In this document: positions 51,320 through 61,108 of the stretch, one piece after another
How the letters are laid out: every line of letters starts with the position of its first letter
Position numbering within the stretch: the stretch's first letter is position 1
Assembly (NCBI GenBank): GCA_963793265.1
Contig: CAWBZI010000004.1
Span: forward strand, 192,001 to 256,000
Direction of reading: 5' to 3'
Source of the DNA: an uncultured cyanobacterium
Lineage (GTDB): Bacteria; Cyanobacteriota; Cyanobacteriia; Phormidesmidales; Phormidesmidaceae
DNA: 64,000 nucleotides
Notes under the pieces: model-generated
Told to the model about the DNA's origin: nothing
The model's input: the letters and a program-made list of their open reading frames with translations, nothing else
Database searches by the model: none
Translations under genes and position numbers: made by a program

Positions 51320-52027
51320 TCAAAAAGATCTGACGAGCTGCGCGTTGCCGTATTGAGCGATCGCCCCTGCGCCTGTCTGATAGGCCCATAGCTGATCGCC
51401 AGTTGAAAAGTGCCACCATTCGTTTGGATGCTGCTGAAAGCCAGCGGTGTTCATGGCTTTCGCTAAAACGCTACGGTGGTGATGATATTGCTGCGCCTGG
51501 GATTCTGAACTATCGGCGAAATGATCGGGGTAGGAGCGCGGTGATATTTCGTCGATAGCCGATCCCATATTGACGGCGATGCCTTGCTCGTTGACGAGGG
51601 TCAGATCGACGGCGGCTCCTGTGCTGTGGGGCGGTGGGGTGTTTGGGTTTGCGCTAGGAACGGCCCAGAATTCTGTAACTTTGGTGGTGAGGTGCGATCG
51701 CTGCTCTTTGCTTAAGTTTTCTGCATTGAGTCCTGCTTTTTCAGCAAGCTGATTAAAGGTGTAGTCCACCATGAATTGTTGCACGGGGATCGGGCGATAG
51801 GCATCAAAAATTTGTAGCTGCCAGCCTGGGTGATTAGTTTGTAGATGAGACTGTGCGCGTAACAACTTTTGGAGTACGCCCTGACGAAGGAAGTAAGGTG
51901 AAAAGTCACCATAGGGTGCGCCCAGCGTCGCGTAGGGATGTGGGGTAACAACGGCGAAGTTCTCTAAAGGAATAGAGACGAGGGCTTCGCCGCATTCTTT
52001 GATTGGAATTTTTTGGTAGGGTTTCAC
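51320..52027 (-). CDS. D-Ala-D-Ala dipeptidase (M15, VanX/DdpX family)
   Basis: DAYRP, HSTGAAVDLT and EWWHF motifs. Confidence 0.93.
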   Translation of the reverse strand: MKPYQKIPIKECGEALVSIPLENFAVVTPHPYATLGAPYGDFSPYFLRQGVLQKLLRAQSHLQTNHPGWQLQIFDAYRPIPVQQFMVDYTFNQLAEKAGLNAENLSKEQRSHLTTKVTEFWAVPSANPNTPPPHSTGAAVDLTLVNEQGIAVNMGSAIDEISPRSYPDHFADSSESQAQQYHHHRSVLAKAMNTAGFQQHPNEWWHFSTGDQLWAYQTGAGAIAQYGNAQLVRSF

Positions 52028-52055
52028 AGAAAAGGATTTTTGAGTTACGGCTGCG

Positions 52056-52700
52056 TTAGGCCGCTACGAGCTGGGAGACTTGTTGAACGTATTCGACAAA
52101 GTTACTCAAAATTTGCAGACCAGCGGTGGACGATTTTTCGGGGTGGAACTGCATGGCCATGAGGTTCCCTTTGGCTACAGCAGCGGTGACGGTTTGGCTA
52201 CCGTGGGTGATCGTGGCTGCGTTAAGGGCCAAATCAACTGGAGCTGCATAAAAAGAGTGCACGAAGTACACCCAGGCTTCAGTCGGAATGTCTTTGAAAA
52301 GCGGGCAGTTGGGCTGGGTGATCTGAAGCTGGTTCCAGCCCATGTGAGGAATGGTGATGCCGGGCTCGGGGCGGAACTGACGAATCATGCCAGGGAAGAT
52401 GCCTAAGCCTGCTTCGTTACCTTCTTCGCTGCCTTCAAACAGCACGTGCAGGCCCAAGCAAATGCCTAAGAAGGGTTTGCCACTGAGGGCGATGCGACGG
52501 ATGGGCTCGATTAGGTGGCGCGATCGCAAGTGCTGCATAGCAGGATCAAACGCGCCTACGCCAGGCAAAACCACGCCGTCTGCTTGTTCAATGTCGGCAA
52601 CAGAATCGGTGACAAGGGTGGTTGCCCCTGCAAACTCTAAGCCTTTACAAGCCGAGTGCAAGTTGCCCATGTCGTAGTCAATGACGGCGATTGTAGTCAC
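52056..52700 (-). CDS. hisH: Imidazole glycerol phosphate synthase glutaminase subunit
   Basis: LPGVGAF, GICLG, PHMGWN, YFVHSF and QFHPEKS motifs. Confidence 0.98.
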   Translation of the reverse strand: MTTIAVIDYDMGNLHSACKGLEFAGATTLVTDSVADIEQADGVVLPGVGAFDPAMQHLRSRHLIEPIRRIALSGKPFLGICLGLHVLFEGSEEGNEAGLGIFPGMIRQFRPEPGITIPHMGWNQLQITQPNCPLFKDIPTEAWVYFVHSFYAAPVDLALNAATITHGSQTVTAAVAKGNLMAMQFHPEKSSTAGLQILSNFVEYVQQVSQLVAA

Positions 52701-52726
52701 AGCAGTATCTAGCCTTTAGCTAGCCT

Positions 52727-53353
52727 TTGGGAATGGTTAGGATGATAGTGGAGCCGGTACTATCAAACCAGATTATATATGCAATTCTCGATATGGAAAG
52801 CGGTGACACGTTAGGGCCTGTCTTGATTACATCGTTTCCGCCATGGCGAAAGGATCAGCGCTCTAACTCATCTGATGATTTGGTGGCGATGCTGCAAGCA
52901 AGTGGTCAGATGCCTGCGGACGCGGTGTGGTTGCGATGGGTGCCGGTGGACTTTGAGCTTGCGCCGAAACAGGTGATTGGTGAAATGAGGCGGCTGCGGC
53001 CTCGCGCTGTTATTTGCTGCGGCATGGCTGAAGGGCGATCGCGTCTATCTATCGAACGACAGGCTATCGAACGGCAGGTTGTTAGCCAGGAACAGGCCAC
53101 GCCTGCTGCAACGCTGCAAACGTCAGTAGATATACCAGAGCTGCTTACAAATACTACATTGAGTGAGCGCAGTGATGATGCTGGTCGTTACGTTTGCAAT
53201 CATCTTTATTATCGTGTTTTGAGCTTTATTAAAGACGCGAACTTATCAACAACAGGCGTATTTCTTCACATTCCAATACTTAGCCAGGAAAATAAAATGC
53301 TAATTCTCGGTGACTTTACAAAAATTGTTCTATCGATATCGAAAGAAAGTTGA
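52727..53353 (+). CDS. Pyroglutamyl peptidase I (C15) family protein
   Basis: LITSF.PW..SNSS, CGMA..SIERQA, DAGRYVCN and FLHIP give a Glu-Cys-His triad. Start uncertain. Confidence 0.85.
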   Translation: MGMVRMIVEPVLSNQIIYAILDMESGDTLGPVLITSFPPWRKDQRSNSSDDLVAMLQASGQMPADAVWLRWVPVDFELAPKQVIGEMRRLRPRAVICCGMAEGRSRLSIERQAIERQVVSQEQATPAATLQTSVDIPELLTNTTLSERSDDAGRYVCNHLYYRVLSFIKDANLSTTGVFLHIPILSQENKMLILGDFTKIVLSISKES

Positions 53354-53588
53354 CTAAAAGATTGTTCATGTGGGTGTAATGACCTCTGTGTAAAGGATAT
53401 AGCTATTTGTAAGTGCTTTTGATTTAGTCTGAACAGTTTGTGATTTGGTAGAAAATACTTGACTTTTAACAACGACAAATTGAGAGATTTCCGCGTTTAC
53501 CGCTGGTGCCTAATAGTTAGAATTGCGGGCTTCTTGATATTTTTGAAACATTCTTTTGCTGTGTCTGTCTAGGGCCTTTCACTGAGCC

Positions 53589-54128
53589 GTGTTAGAGGCT
53601 TACTTTCGCGAATGTATTCGGGCACCATCGGAGGGCAGTTCTTACAAAAGCTACATGTCACGTTCACTCGCTCAAATGAAAGAGCATCTCTTAGCGAATT
53701 GTTTTCCGGTCGCGTCTAATGCTGAGCCGATTGCTTTGTATCAAGGAGATCGGCAACAGGAGATGCAGGAAGATTTTTGTTTGGAGTGCCTGCTGAAAGT
53801 TTTGAAAGTGGGCGATCGCACTGGCTTACTGTCTCGGGTCAACTACTACTTTCCTAAAGACGCCGATGTGCCAGTGAAGCGAGCTTTGCACCATGCCGAA
53901 ATGCTCAATCATTTGCTGATGCATTCCAAGGTGTTTGTGATTCAAGATATCGATGGCGATCGCAGCTATTCTTTACGCATGGATACGCTATTAGACGGCG
54001 ACTATGCCAGAGAAGACATCACTCGCTTTTTTGATGAGGTGACTCAAGATGTCGCCGCTTTGCTGCAACACTTTGGCTATCGTGTAGGTCACCGCTCTGA
54101 CCGCTGTGTCGATCGCTGTCTTAACTAA
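53589..54128 (+). CDS. Hypothetical protein
   Basis: Open frame of 179 aa; probable start at an internal ATG (MSRS). Confidence 0.65.
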   Translation: MLEAYFRECIRAPSEGSSYKSYMSRSLAQMKEHLLANCFPVASNAEPIALYQGDRQQEMQEDFCLECLLKVLKVGDRTGLLSRVNYYFPKDADVPVKRALHHAEMLNHLLMHSKVFVIQDIDGDRSYSLRMDTLLDGDYAREDITRFFDEVTQDVAALLQHFGYRVGHRSDRCVDRCLN

Positions 54129-54188
54129 AGAGCTAAAGAAACGGGCGCATGTTCTATTAGAATCATCGAGTCGATATAGAGTTGACCT

Positions 54189-55664
54189 ATGCTTCTTTGG
54201 CTGATTTCGCTGCCGCTACTGACTCAAACCGGGGTGTCTCAGATGGTATCTCAAGCGGTACCTGCAACAGTGAACTCTCCAACGGTGATCCAATCATCAG
54301 TGGCCCAATCATCGTCACCTGAGGCAGTTATAGAACAGGTGATCTCTCAATCAGTTAGGCCATTGCCAGGACAGCTTAACAGCGTGCCTGTTTTCAATAG
54401 CAATAGTCCTGAGCTAGTGGCGGAGGATGGGATCTTACTCTCAACGTTTCCACCTGAAGGCATGGCCGTGCCCGAAGCACATCTCAACTTTCCGTTTGAG
54501 GGGCGCTTTGATGTGTTTGCTCATCACGTCTATAAGGCAGCAGATTATGACGAGGACGTGCCTGAGCAGCTAGACAGCTTGTATTTAGGCGTGCTAGTAC
54601 ACAATCCTGAAGACGTGCCGGTGACGGTGCGAGTGCTTTCGGGGGCGAGCTATTTAAGTCAGCCAGACGCACCGTTTATTCCGCTGCCGAGTTTTGTGCG
54701 GTTTAGTCCGCGTAAGCCTGTTTTTGCAGGGCCGGGGAGCCGGGCGATGGGTGATATTTTGCAGGGCTATCGGGGCGGTATGTTTCCGGCTGTGATGACG
54801 ATTGCGCCGGGTGAAAGTGAGCTGCTGCTAAATGTGCCGATTCCGATTCGTGAGTTGGAACCACCAATTAATGGGCGGTCTTCTTTGGCTTTGTTAGAGA
54901 GTAGTGGGCCGGTGTATGTGGCGAGCTTGGCGCAGCAAGTGACGCTGGATGAGGCAGGGAATGAAGTGCCGCCGAGTTTGGCGAGCTGGGAGCGGATGCT
55001 GAGAGAAGAGGGTTTGGCGGGGCCGCGTGATCGCGAACCTGCGCCTTTGCCTTTAGCAGAAGGCGTACAGCTTATTTATGGCCGGGTTGCAGGTGTGTCT
55101 GAGGGCTCAGAGTGGGCCGCGACGCTGACTGATACGGATGATTTGGGCGATACCGATGAGGCCGCTCGGCTGACGATTCCTGCTGCGGGTGAGGCGTTTG
55201 CCTATGGTATTAGCCTGCTGTATGGCGGCACGATGGGAACCGGGCAGGTGCAAAGCGCTCGGATGCTGGTGCGCTATCCTGACACGGCCTATCAGGCTCA
55301 TGGTAATTATGGTGTGCGCTATCGCTTGGAGATGCCGCTGCATAATCCGACAGATGAGGTGCAGACGGTGGATGTGGTGTTCTCGACAGCGCTGAAGGAA
55401 GAGGAATTGAGTGAAGGGGGACTGCGCTTTTTGGAGCCGCCGGGGCCGCAGACGTTTTTTAGGGGGCCGGTGCAGGTGCGCTATCAGAGCGATCGCGGTT
55501 TGCCAGTGGTGCGTAATATTCATCTCGTACAGCTACGGGGGGAGCAGGGTGAGCCGCTAGCAACGGTCAATATTGAACCGGGTTCGACGCGGACGGTGGA
55601 TGTGGATTTGCTGTATCCGGCTGATTCGACACCGCCTCAAGTGCTGACGGTGAAAACGAGATAG
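54189..55664 (+). CDS. DUF3370 family secreted protein
   Basis: VRPLPGQL..PVFNSNSPE..GILLSTFP, ASYLSQPDAPF, AHGNYGV and YPADSTPPQVLT motifs. Confidence 0.9.
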   Translation: MLLWLISLPLLTQTGVSQMVSQAVPATVNSPTVIQSSVAQSSSPEAVIEQVISQSVRPLPGQLNSVPVFNSNSPELVAEDGILLSTFPPEGMAVPEAHLNFPFEGRFDVFAHHVYKAADYDEDVPEQLDSLYLGVLVHNPEDVPVTVRVLSGASYLSQPDAPFIPLPSFVRFSPRKPVFAGPGSRAMGDILQGYRGGMFPAVMTIAPGESELLLNVPIPIRELEPPINGRSSLALLESSGPVYVASLAQQVTLDEAGNEVPPSLASWERMLREEGLAGPRDREPAPLPLAEGVQLIYGRVAGVSEGSEWAATLTDTDDLGDTDEAARLTIPAAGEAFAYGISLLYGGTMGTGQVQSARMLVRYPDTAYQAHGNYGVRYRLEMPLHNPTDEVQTVDVVFSTALKEEELSEGGLRFLEPPGPQTFFRGPVQVRYQSDRGLPVVRNIHLVQLRGEQGEPLATVNIEPGSTRTVDVDLLYPADSTPPQVLTVKTR

Positions 55665-55874
55665 CTGTAAACCTTATGGATAAAGGGCTAGCTGGAAAGT
55701 GAATGGCAGATTAGGGGCACTTTTTTGAATGCTCAGTTAACACTTATCTGATTATCATGTGTCTTCTGTGAGTCACGAGCATACTAATAACAACAAGGAA
55801 TAGAGAGAGACGCCGCAAGTCTTTTAGCTTCTTTGCTCACGTATCTCGTAGATTTTTTTGGAGACTTTAGACTC

Positions 55875-56345
55875 ATGAAAGTATCACTTTTTCAACAGAT
55901 TAAGCTCACTGGTTTGACACTTGCGATCGCTGCTTTTAGCTATCAGCCATCTACTCAAGCTAGCTTCTCGCCTACTTTTCAATCAACCAACGCTGCAATC
56001 ACGCTAGCCCAAGCGCCCAACGCGCTTAAGCGCGCCACGTTTGTTGGAGATAACCGCCATGAGACTTCGGGTAACGCTGAGATCGTAGAAGAAAATGGCC
56101 AGCGCTATCTAGAGTTTGATTCAGCTTTTCGCTCAGACAGTGGCCCTGATTTGTTTGTGTTGTTGCATAAAGAAGCGGTGCCTAATTCTTACAGCCCAGA
56201 GAACTACGTTAACTTGGGTCGAATTCAGGCGCTAGACGGCGTACAGCGCTACGCGATTCCAGCAGATGTGGATATTGCAGATTTGAAGTCGGCTGTGATT
56301 TGGTGCCAGCAGTTTGACGTTACGTTTGGCTATGCGACTTTTTAA
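55875..56345 (+). CDS. DM13 domain protein
   Basis: HETSG, GPDLFVLL, QRYAIP and VIWCQQFDVTFGYA motifs. Confidence 0.9.
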   Translation: MKVSLFQQIKLTGLTLAIAAFSYQPSTQASFSPTFQSTNAAITLAQAPNALKRATFVGDNRHETSGNAEIVEENGQRYLEFDSAFRSDSGPDLFVLLHKEAVPNSYSPENYVNLGRIQALDGVQRYAIPADVDIADLKSAVIWCQQFDVTFGYATF

Positions 56346-56369
56346 GGAGCGGAGATGCGATGGGTTGCT

Positions 56370-56407
56370 GAGCCGGAGGGCGCACAGCCGTGACGCCCCT
56401 ACGGTTC
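56370..56407. repeat. REP-like imperfect palindrome (GTAGGGGCG...CGCCCTCC on the minus strand)
   Basis: GAGCCGGAGGGCGCACAGCCGTGACGCCCCTACGGTTC forms a long GC-rich hairpin. Confidence 0.6.
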
Positions 56408-56486
56408 GGTTTGGTTTTATTGGGTCTGGACGCTTTAATGTGCGATGGTAACGCTAACGTTACGCTGTTAAAGCGCTCTAAAGGTC

Positions 56487-57413
56487 ATGAGAATTAAAGG
56501 AACAACTAAGCTGCTTGGGGTGATTGGCTATCCGGTAGAACATTCTTTTTCGCCGCTGATGCATAATGCAGCGATCGCTCACCTTCAAAAAAACGGTCAA
56601 GAGAATAGTCAAGAAAACAGTCCGCAGCTCAATGCTGATTATGTTTATCTACCTTTTCCGATTGCGCCTGAGGCTTTGGAAAGTGCGATCGCTGGCTTTA
56701 CTGCCATTAACCTGCAAGGCTTCAACATCACAATCCCACACAAGCAATCTATCATTCCACTCTTAGATGACGTGAGCGAGGTGGCCCAGGCTATCGGCGC
56801 AGTAAACACGGTTTGGCGGAATGGAGCTAGATTGTGCGGTACGAACACGGATGCTGTAGGGTTTTTAGCGCCGCTGAAGACTTTAGATCGAAATTGGTCG
56901 GGAGCAAAGGCGATCGTTTTAGGCAACGGCGGAGCCGCAAGAGCGGTAGTGGCGGCTTGCTGTCAGTTAGGCTGCGAGAAGGTTTGGGTGGTGGGGCGAT
57001 CGCCTGAAAAGCTACAGACGTTTGCTCAAAGCTGGGCAGGCTCGCCGGATATCGGCGCGAAGCTGTCGGTAGTGGACTGGAACCGGCTGAGTGACTATTT
57101 GCCAGAAGCCGCGCTGGTGGTGAATGCGACGCCTTTGGGTATGCATCCTCATGTGGATAGGTCGCCGTTGGATGAGGCGGAGATTGCGCTGATGAATGAG
57201 GGTGCGATCGCCTACGATCTTATCTACACACCCAGACCAACTCAGTTCTTACGGCAGGCGGCTGCGACCGGACATTTGGCTATAGATGGCTTAGAAATGC
57301 TTGTGCAGCAGGGTGCGGCGGCTTTGGAAATATGGTTAGGCCAACCGGCTCCAATTGCGGTAATGCGGCAGTCTTTATTGGATTATCTGAGTGAAAAATC
57401 AGGGCACGATTAA
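56487..57413 (+). CDS. aroE: Shikimate dehydrogenase
   Basis: HSFSP, NITIPHK, GAVNT, NTDAVG, GNGGAA, NATPLG and DGLEMLVQQG motifs. Confidence 0.97.
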   Translation: MRIKGTTKLLGVIGYPVEHSFSPLMHNAAIAHLQKNGQENSQENSPQLNADYVYLPFPIAPEALESAIAGFTAINLQGFNITIPHKQSIIPLLDDVSEVAQAIGAVNTVWRNGARLCGTNTDAVGFLAPLKTLDRNWSGAKAIVLGNGGAARAVVAACCQLGCEKVWVVGRSPEKLQTFAQSWAGSPDIGAKLSVVDWNRLSDYLPEAALVVNATPLGMHPHVDRSPLDEAEIALMNEGAIAYDLIYTPRPTQFLRQAAATGHLAIDGLEMLVQQGAAALEIWLGQPAPIAVMRQSLLDYLSEKSGHD

Positions 57414-57462
57414 CCCTTAAAATCACGGTAAGCTGGTTGTAATATCTAGCTACTGCGCCTCT

Positions 57463-57933
57463 ATGACTTTTCCGTCACGCTCCAATATTCTCGCGGTCTT
57501 TATGGCTGTTTGCCTGTGCTTTTTTAGCTGGGTGCCAGCGGCTCATGCACTTACGCAAATCGGGCTCAAAGACCTAGCGGCTGAGGAGTGTCCTGCTGAC
57601 GCGGCCTATGCTGAAAACCTGACGACCAGCGGATCTTCTCAAGAAGCAACCTGTTATCTAATTCGCGGCACGGCGGTGAATAGCTCAGGCAAAGACATTG
57701 TAGATGCGGATATCTTTGGCCGCATCTATGACGCTCAAGATAATTCAGTCATGAAAAATCGCTTCCGCCTGGGCGGTATTGAGTACGTGCCCGCTGGCGA
57801 AAGCGAATTTTCGTTCAGGATTTCGGTGCCTTCAGTTCAGCCTGCGCCTTTACGCCTCGAAAAGTTTAAGGCCACTGGGTTTACCAGCAAGGTCAGAAGA
57901 TTTCAGGCTTGGGATCAGTCGATTGATGAGTAA
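57463..57933 (+). CDS. Conserved cyanobacterial secreted hypothetical protein
   Basis: Signal peptide ending AHA-L, Cys pair, DADIFGRIYDA. Confidence 0.8.
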   Translation: MTFPSRSNILAVFMAVCLCFFSWVPAAHALTQIGLKDLAAEECPADAAYAENLTTSGSSQEATCYLIRGTAVNSSGKDIVDADIFGRIYDAQDNSVMKNRFRLGGIEYVPAGESEFSFRISVPSVQPAPLRLEKFKATGFTSKVRRFQAWDQSIDE

Positions 57934-58269
57934 TTAGTAGGCTCCAAACCCAGTGTTGCTCATTGTTACTAAGCTGCTACCAGCACCCGCAATTAAGCTA
58001 GAGACGATTTGCACGGCGAAAATTGCGACGATAGCTGAAAGGTCTAGGCCACCAAGCGGTGGAATAATGGAGCGAAATATGTTGAGGTAGGGATCGGTGA
58101 GCTGGGAGACGGTAGAGAAAAGTGGGTTTGACCAGTCGATGTTAGGGAACCAGCTCAGCAGAATGCGAACGAGAAGCAGTGCCCAGTAGATTTGGAGAAA
58201 CATCACCACGCCACTGATCAGGTCTGCACCTGAGATGGCGAGGGCATTAGCGGCAATGAGGTCGATCAT
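57934..58269 (-). CDS. YggT/YlmG family membrane protein
   Basis: RILLSWFP..TDPYLNIFRSIIPPLGGLDLS. Confidence 0.93.
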   Translation of the reverse strand: MIDLIAANALAISGADLISGVVMFLQIYWALLLVRILLSWFPNIDWSNPLFSTVSQLTDPYLNIFRSIIPPLGGLDLSAIVAIFAVQIVSSLIAGAGSSLVTMSNTGFGAY

Positions 58270-58351
58270 AGTTTTCTAGGCGAATTTGCTTCAAGTGTAT
58301 AGATCTATTTTAGAGCACGGAGCAGCGGCTGTATTCTACCGGATGGTTCTT

Positions 58352-58714
58352 TTAATTGTCGTATTCAGGGCGCTGCTGCATTGACGGGCTGACAGGCTGA
58401 CCGACGGGCTGATTTTGAAAGCTATTAGATAGGTTATTCGCCTGGCTACCTGTATTGCTCATCTGCACTCTGACATCTTCAATAGCGGTATTGAGCTGAG
58501 CAATTTTGTCTTCTAGGCCGCGTCGGGCAATTTCCATCTTTTCTTCGGTGGTGGCGTTTTCGAGCTGGCGACGCTCTTCTTCGGATAGCTGGCTAAAGTC
58601 GTCTTCAGGCTCACGGCGGAGGCGATCGCTTGCCAAAACGCCCACAATGCCGCCGATGATGCCGCCGACAAAGGCTCCGGTGATAAATCCACCCGCAAAA
58701 TTGTGTTGACTCAT
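58352..58714 (-). CDS. Conserved cyanobacterial protein (Gly-rich TM plus coiled coil)
   Basis: FAGGFITGAFVGGIIGG..MEIARRGLEDKIAQLN; lies between upp and yggT. Confidence 0.82.
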   Translation of the reverse strand: MSQHNFAGGFITGAFVGGIIGGIVGVLASDRLRREPEDDFSQLSEEERRQLENATTEEKMEIARRGLEDKIAQLNTAIEDVRVQMSNTGSQANNLSNSFQNQPVGQPVSPSMQQRPEYDN

Positions 58715-58766
58715 GAGGTTCTCCTGGGGGTTTCTCCTAGATAAATAGATTACGTGGATAAATAGA

Positions 58767-59417
58767 TTACGTGCCAAAGGTGCGATCGCCCGCATCCCCT
58801 AAGCCTGGAACAATAAAGCCGTTTTCATCTAAGCCTTCATCGATAATAGCGGCGTAAATGGTCACAGTTGGATAGTTTTCAGCGAGCTTTTGCAGGGCTT
58901 GCGGCGCGGTGACAATAGAAATAATGCGAACGAACGCGGGGTCTATGCCGCGCTTAACCAGCTCTGCCATGGTCGCCATAATCGTACCGCCTGTGGCTAG
59001 CATCGGTTCGGAAATAATCAGGCGGGTGCTGGGCTCAAACTGCTCGGGTAGCTTGTTGAGATACCAGATGGGCTCTAGCGTTTCCTCGTTGCGAGCAAGC
59101 CCGATGTGGTAGGTGCAGCCTGTCGGCACAGCGCTTTGAATGCCTTCTACCAGGGCCAAACCCGCGCGCAGAATTGGGACAATCGCCACCGGCACTTCAG
59201 GATCTACAAAGGTGGCCGGGCAGGTGGTGAGCGGCGTTTCAATCGTCATGTCTACGGTGGGAAGCCAGTCTCGGACGGCTTCGTAGGCCAGCCAGCGGCC
59301 CAGCTCCGTCATGGCGCTACGGAAAACGGGGGAGGGGGTGCTTGCGCTGCGAAGTACGCCGAGCCAGTGCTTAATTAAGGGATGGGGCGGAACGTAGATT
59401 CGCAGTTGTAGGGCCAT
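58767..59417 (-). CDS. upp: Uracil phosphoribosyltransferase
   Basis: HPLIKH, PILRAG, ARNEETL, EPMLATGG and IVPGLGDAGDR motifs. Confidence 0.97.
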   Translation of the reverse strand: MALQLRIYVPPHPLIKHWLGVLRSASTPSPVFRSAMTELGRWLAYEAVRDWLPTVDMTIETPLTTCPATFVDPEVPVAIVPILRAGLALVEGIQSAVPTGCTYHIGLARNEETLEPIWYLNKLPEQFEPSTRLIISEPMLATGGTIMATMAELVKRGIDPAFVRIISIVTAPQALQKLAENYPTVTIYAAIIDEGLDENGFIVPGLGDAGDRTFGT

Positions 59418-59561
59418 AGATCAAAAGCCGGGTTGAGCAGGATGGGGATGTGAGAAAGCGCTAACGGGCGCGAAAAGCGGTAGAAACTATCATACTGCTG
59501 TGGCTACGATCATTTCTGTTTGTGCACAAGTATTGTTAGCTGAACCAGTTAGTTAGACCCG

Positions 59562-60224
59562 TTAGCTAAGCCAAAACAGACCGCCTAGCGTGAGCAGAAT
59601 GCCAGCTAGGGCAATCCAGACGAACTGGTTGTCGTCGGTGTTGACCTGGCTAAGATCTAGCGGTTCGGGTTCGGGTTTGGGCTTGCGGCGGCGGGGCTTT
59701 TTGGGCACCTGGGCGTAGCGTTTGCCCTGGTCGTCTTCAAGATCGGTGAGATCAGGAATTTGGGTGACCCATTCGGGCCTCATTTCTAGCTCGGGGGCTT
59801 CGAGTATGTAGAGCAGGCGTTTACTCTGGCGCTGGGTGTCAAGGTCGGGATGTCTAATGAGCTTGCGGCACAGCGATCGCCCCTCTTCTTCATCACCGTT
59901 GGCGACGTAGGCATTCACCAGCCACATCTGAATTTCGCCGCCCCGTGCGCCGATGGGATTAGAGAGGGCCAAGGCGGTTTGAAAGTGTTCGATGGCTTTG
60001 CGATAGCGACCGCGCTCGAAGGTTGCCTGGCCTAGCGTAAAGGCTTCTTTGGCGCGGGCTTTTTTTTCGGGATTGTCGAGCTTATCCAGGGCGCGGCCTA
60101 TACGCTCAACCGCACTGTCTGGGGTATCTTCTGCTGAGGTGCTGTCTGCCGGGCGCTCTGCGGTGGAATTGCTTAAAGAATTGTTTGGTGTGAGGGCATC
60201 AGATGGCCCAGGCTCCGAAGTCAT
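59562..60224 (-). CDS. TPR-like protein with C-terminal TM anchor
   Basis: GQATFERGRY..EIQMWLVNAY..LLYILEAP; C-terminal hydrophobic helix. Confidence 0.8.
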   Translation of the reverse strand: MTSEPGPSDALTPNNSLSNSTAERPADSTSAEDTPDSAVERIGRALDKLDNPEKKARAKEAFTLGQATFERGRYRKAIEHFQTALALSNPIGARGGEIQMWLVNAYVANGDEEEGRSLCRKLIRHPDLDTQRQSKRLLYILEAPELEMRPEWVTQIPDLTDLEDDQGKRYAQVPKKPRRRKPKPEPEPLDLSQVNTDDNQFVWIALAGILLTLGGLFWLS

Positions 60225-60308
60225 GAGTAGCTAAAAAGGCGGTTCACTGTTTAGTTTATCGCGTGCGGTTTAGGATGGTTATTTGATATTAGTTAAGTGA
60301 TGCAGCCG

Positions 60309-61073
60309 ATGTTGATGGTGATTTCTCCCGCTAAAACCCTGGACTATTCGGGAGCCGATTATTCTCACTTCACGGTGCCGGAGATGCTGGATAAAAGTGA
60401 AGTGTTGATCGATAAACTCAGCGGTTACGAGCCGCTTGAGCTTTCAGACTTGATGAAAATTAGCGATAAGCTAGCTGCACTTAATCGGCAGCGCTATCAG
60501 GATTTTGAGACGCCTTTTACGCTTGAGAACGCAAAGCAGGCGCTGCTGGTTTTTAACGGGGATGTTTATCGCGGTATTAAGGTGAAAGAGTATGACGATG
60601 ACGATTTGGCGTTTGCTCAAAAGCATTTAAGGATTTTGTCGGGACTGTATGGCGTTTTGCGACCGTTGGACTTGATGCAGCCTTACCGATTGGAGATGGG
60701 AACGAAGCTAATTACTGAGCAGGGTAAGAATCTGTATGAGTTTTGGGGCGATCGCATTGCGGCGCTGATTAATGAAGCGTTGGAGTCGGAGGCTAATCCC
60801 TGTCTGGTGAATCTGGCATCAAATGAGTATTTTAAGTCGGTGGATCAAAAGGCGCTGAAGGCGGACGTTTTGAACATTGCCTTTAAGGAGAATAAAAACG
60901 GCGTTTATAAGATTGTTGCGATTCACGCTAAGCGGGCGCGAGGACTGATGGTGGATTTCGCGATTCGTAATCGGGTTGAAAATGTAGAGCAGCTTAAAGA
61001 CTTTGATACGGAAGGGTATCGGTTTGATGCGGCGATGTCTGAACCGGATACTTGGGTGTTTTGTCGAGATTAA
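60309..61073 (+). CDS. yaaA: Peroxide stress protein YaaA (UPF0246)
   Basis: ISPAKTLD, GDVYRG, LSGLYGVLRP, YRLEMG, NLASNEY and AKRARG motifs. Confidence 0.95.
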   Translation: MLMVISPAKTLDYSGADYSHFTVPEMLDKSEVLIDKLSGYEPLELSDLMKISDKLAALNRQRYQDFETPFTLENAKQALLVFNGDVYRGIKVKEYDDDDLAFAQKHLRILSGLYGVLRPLDLMQPYRLEMGTKLITEQGKNLYEFWGDRIAALINEALESEANPCLVNLASNEYFKSVDQKALKADVLNIAFKENKNGVYKIVAIHAKRARGLMVDFAIRNRVENVEQLKDFDTEGYRFDAAMSEPDTWVFCRD

Positions 61074-61108
61074 TACGAAGTGAAGGAGATTGGCTGTTGC
61101 AGCGCGCT

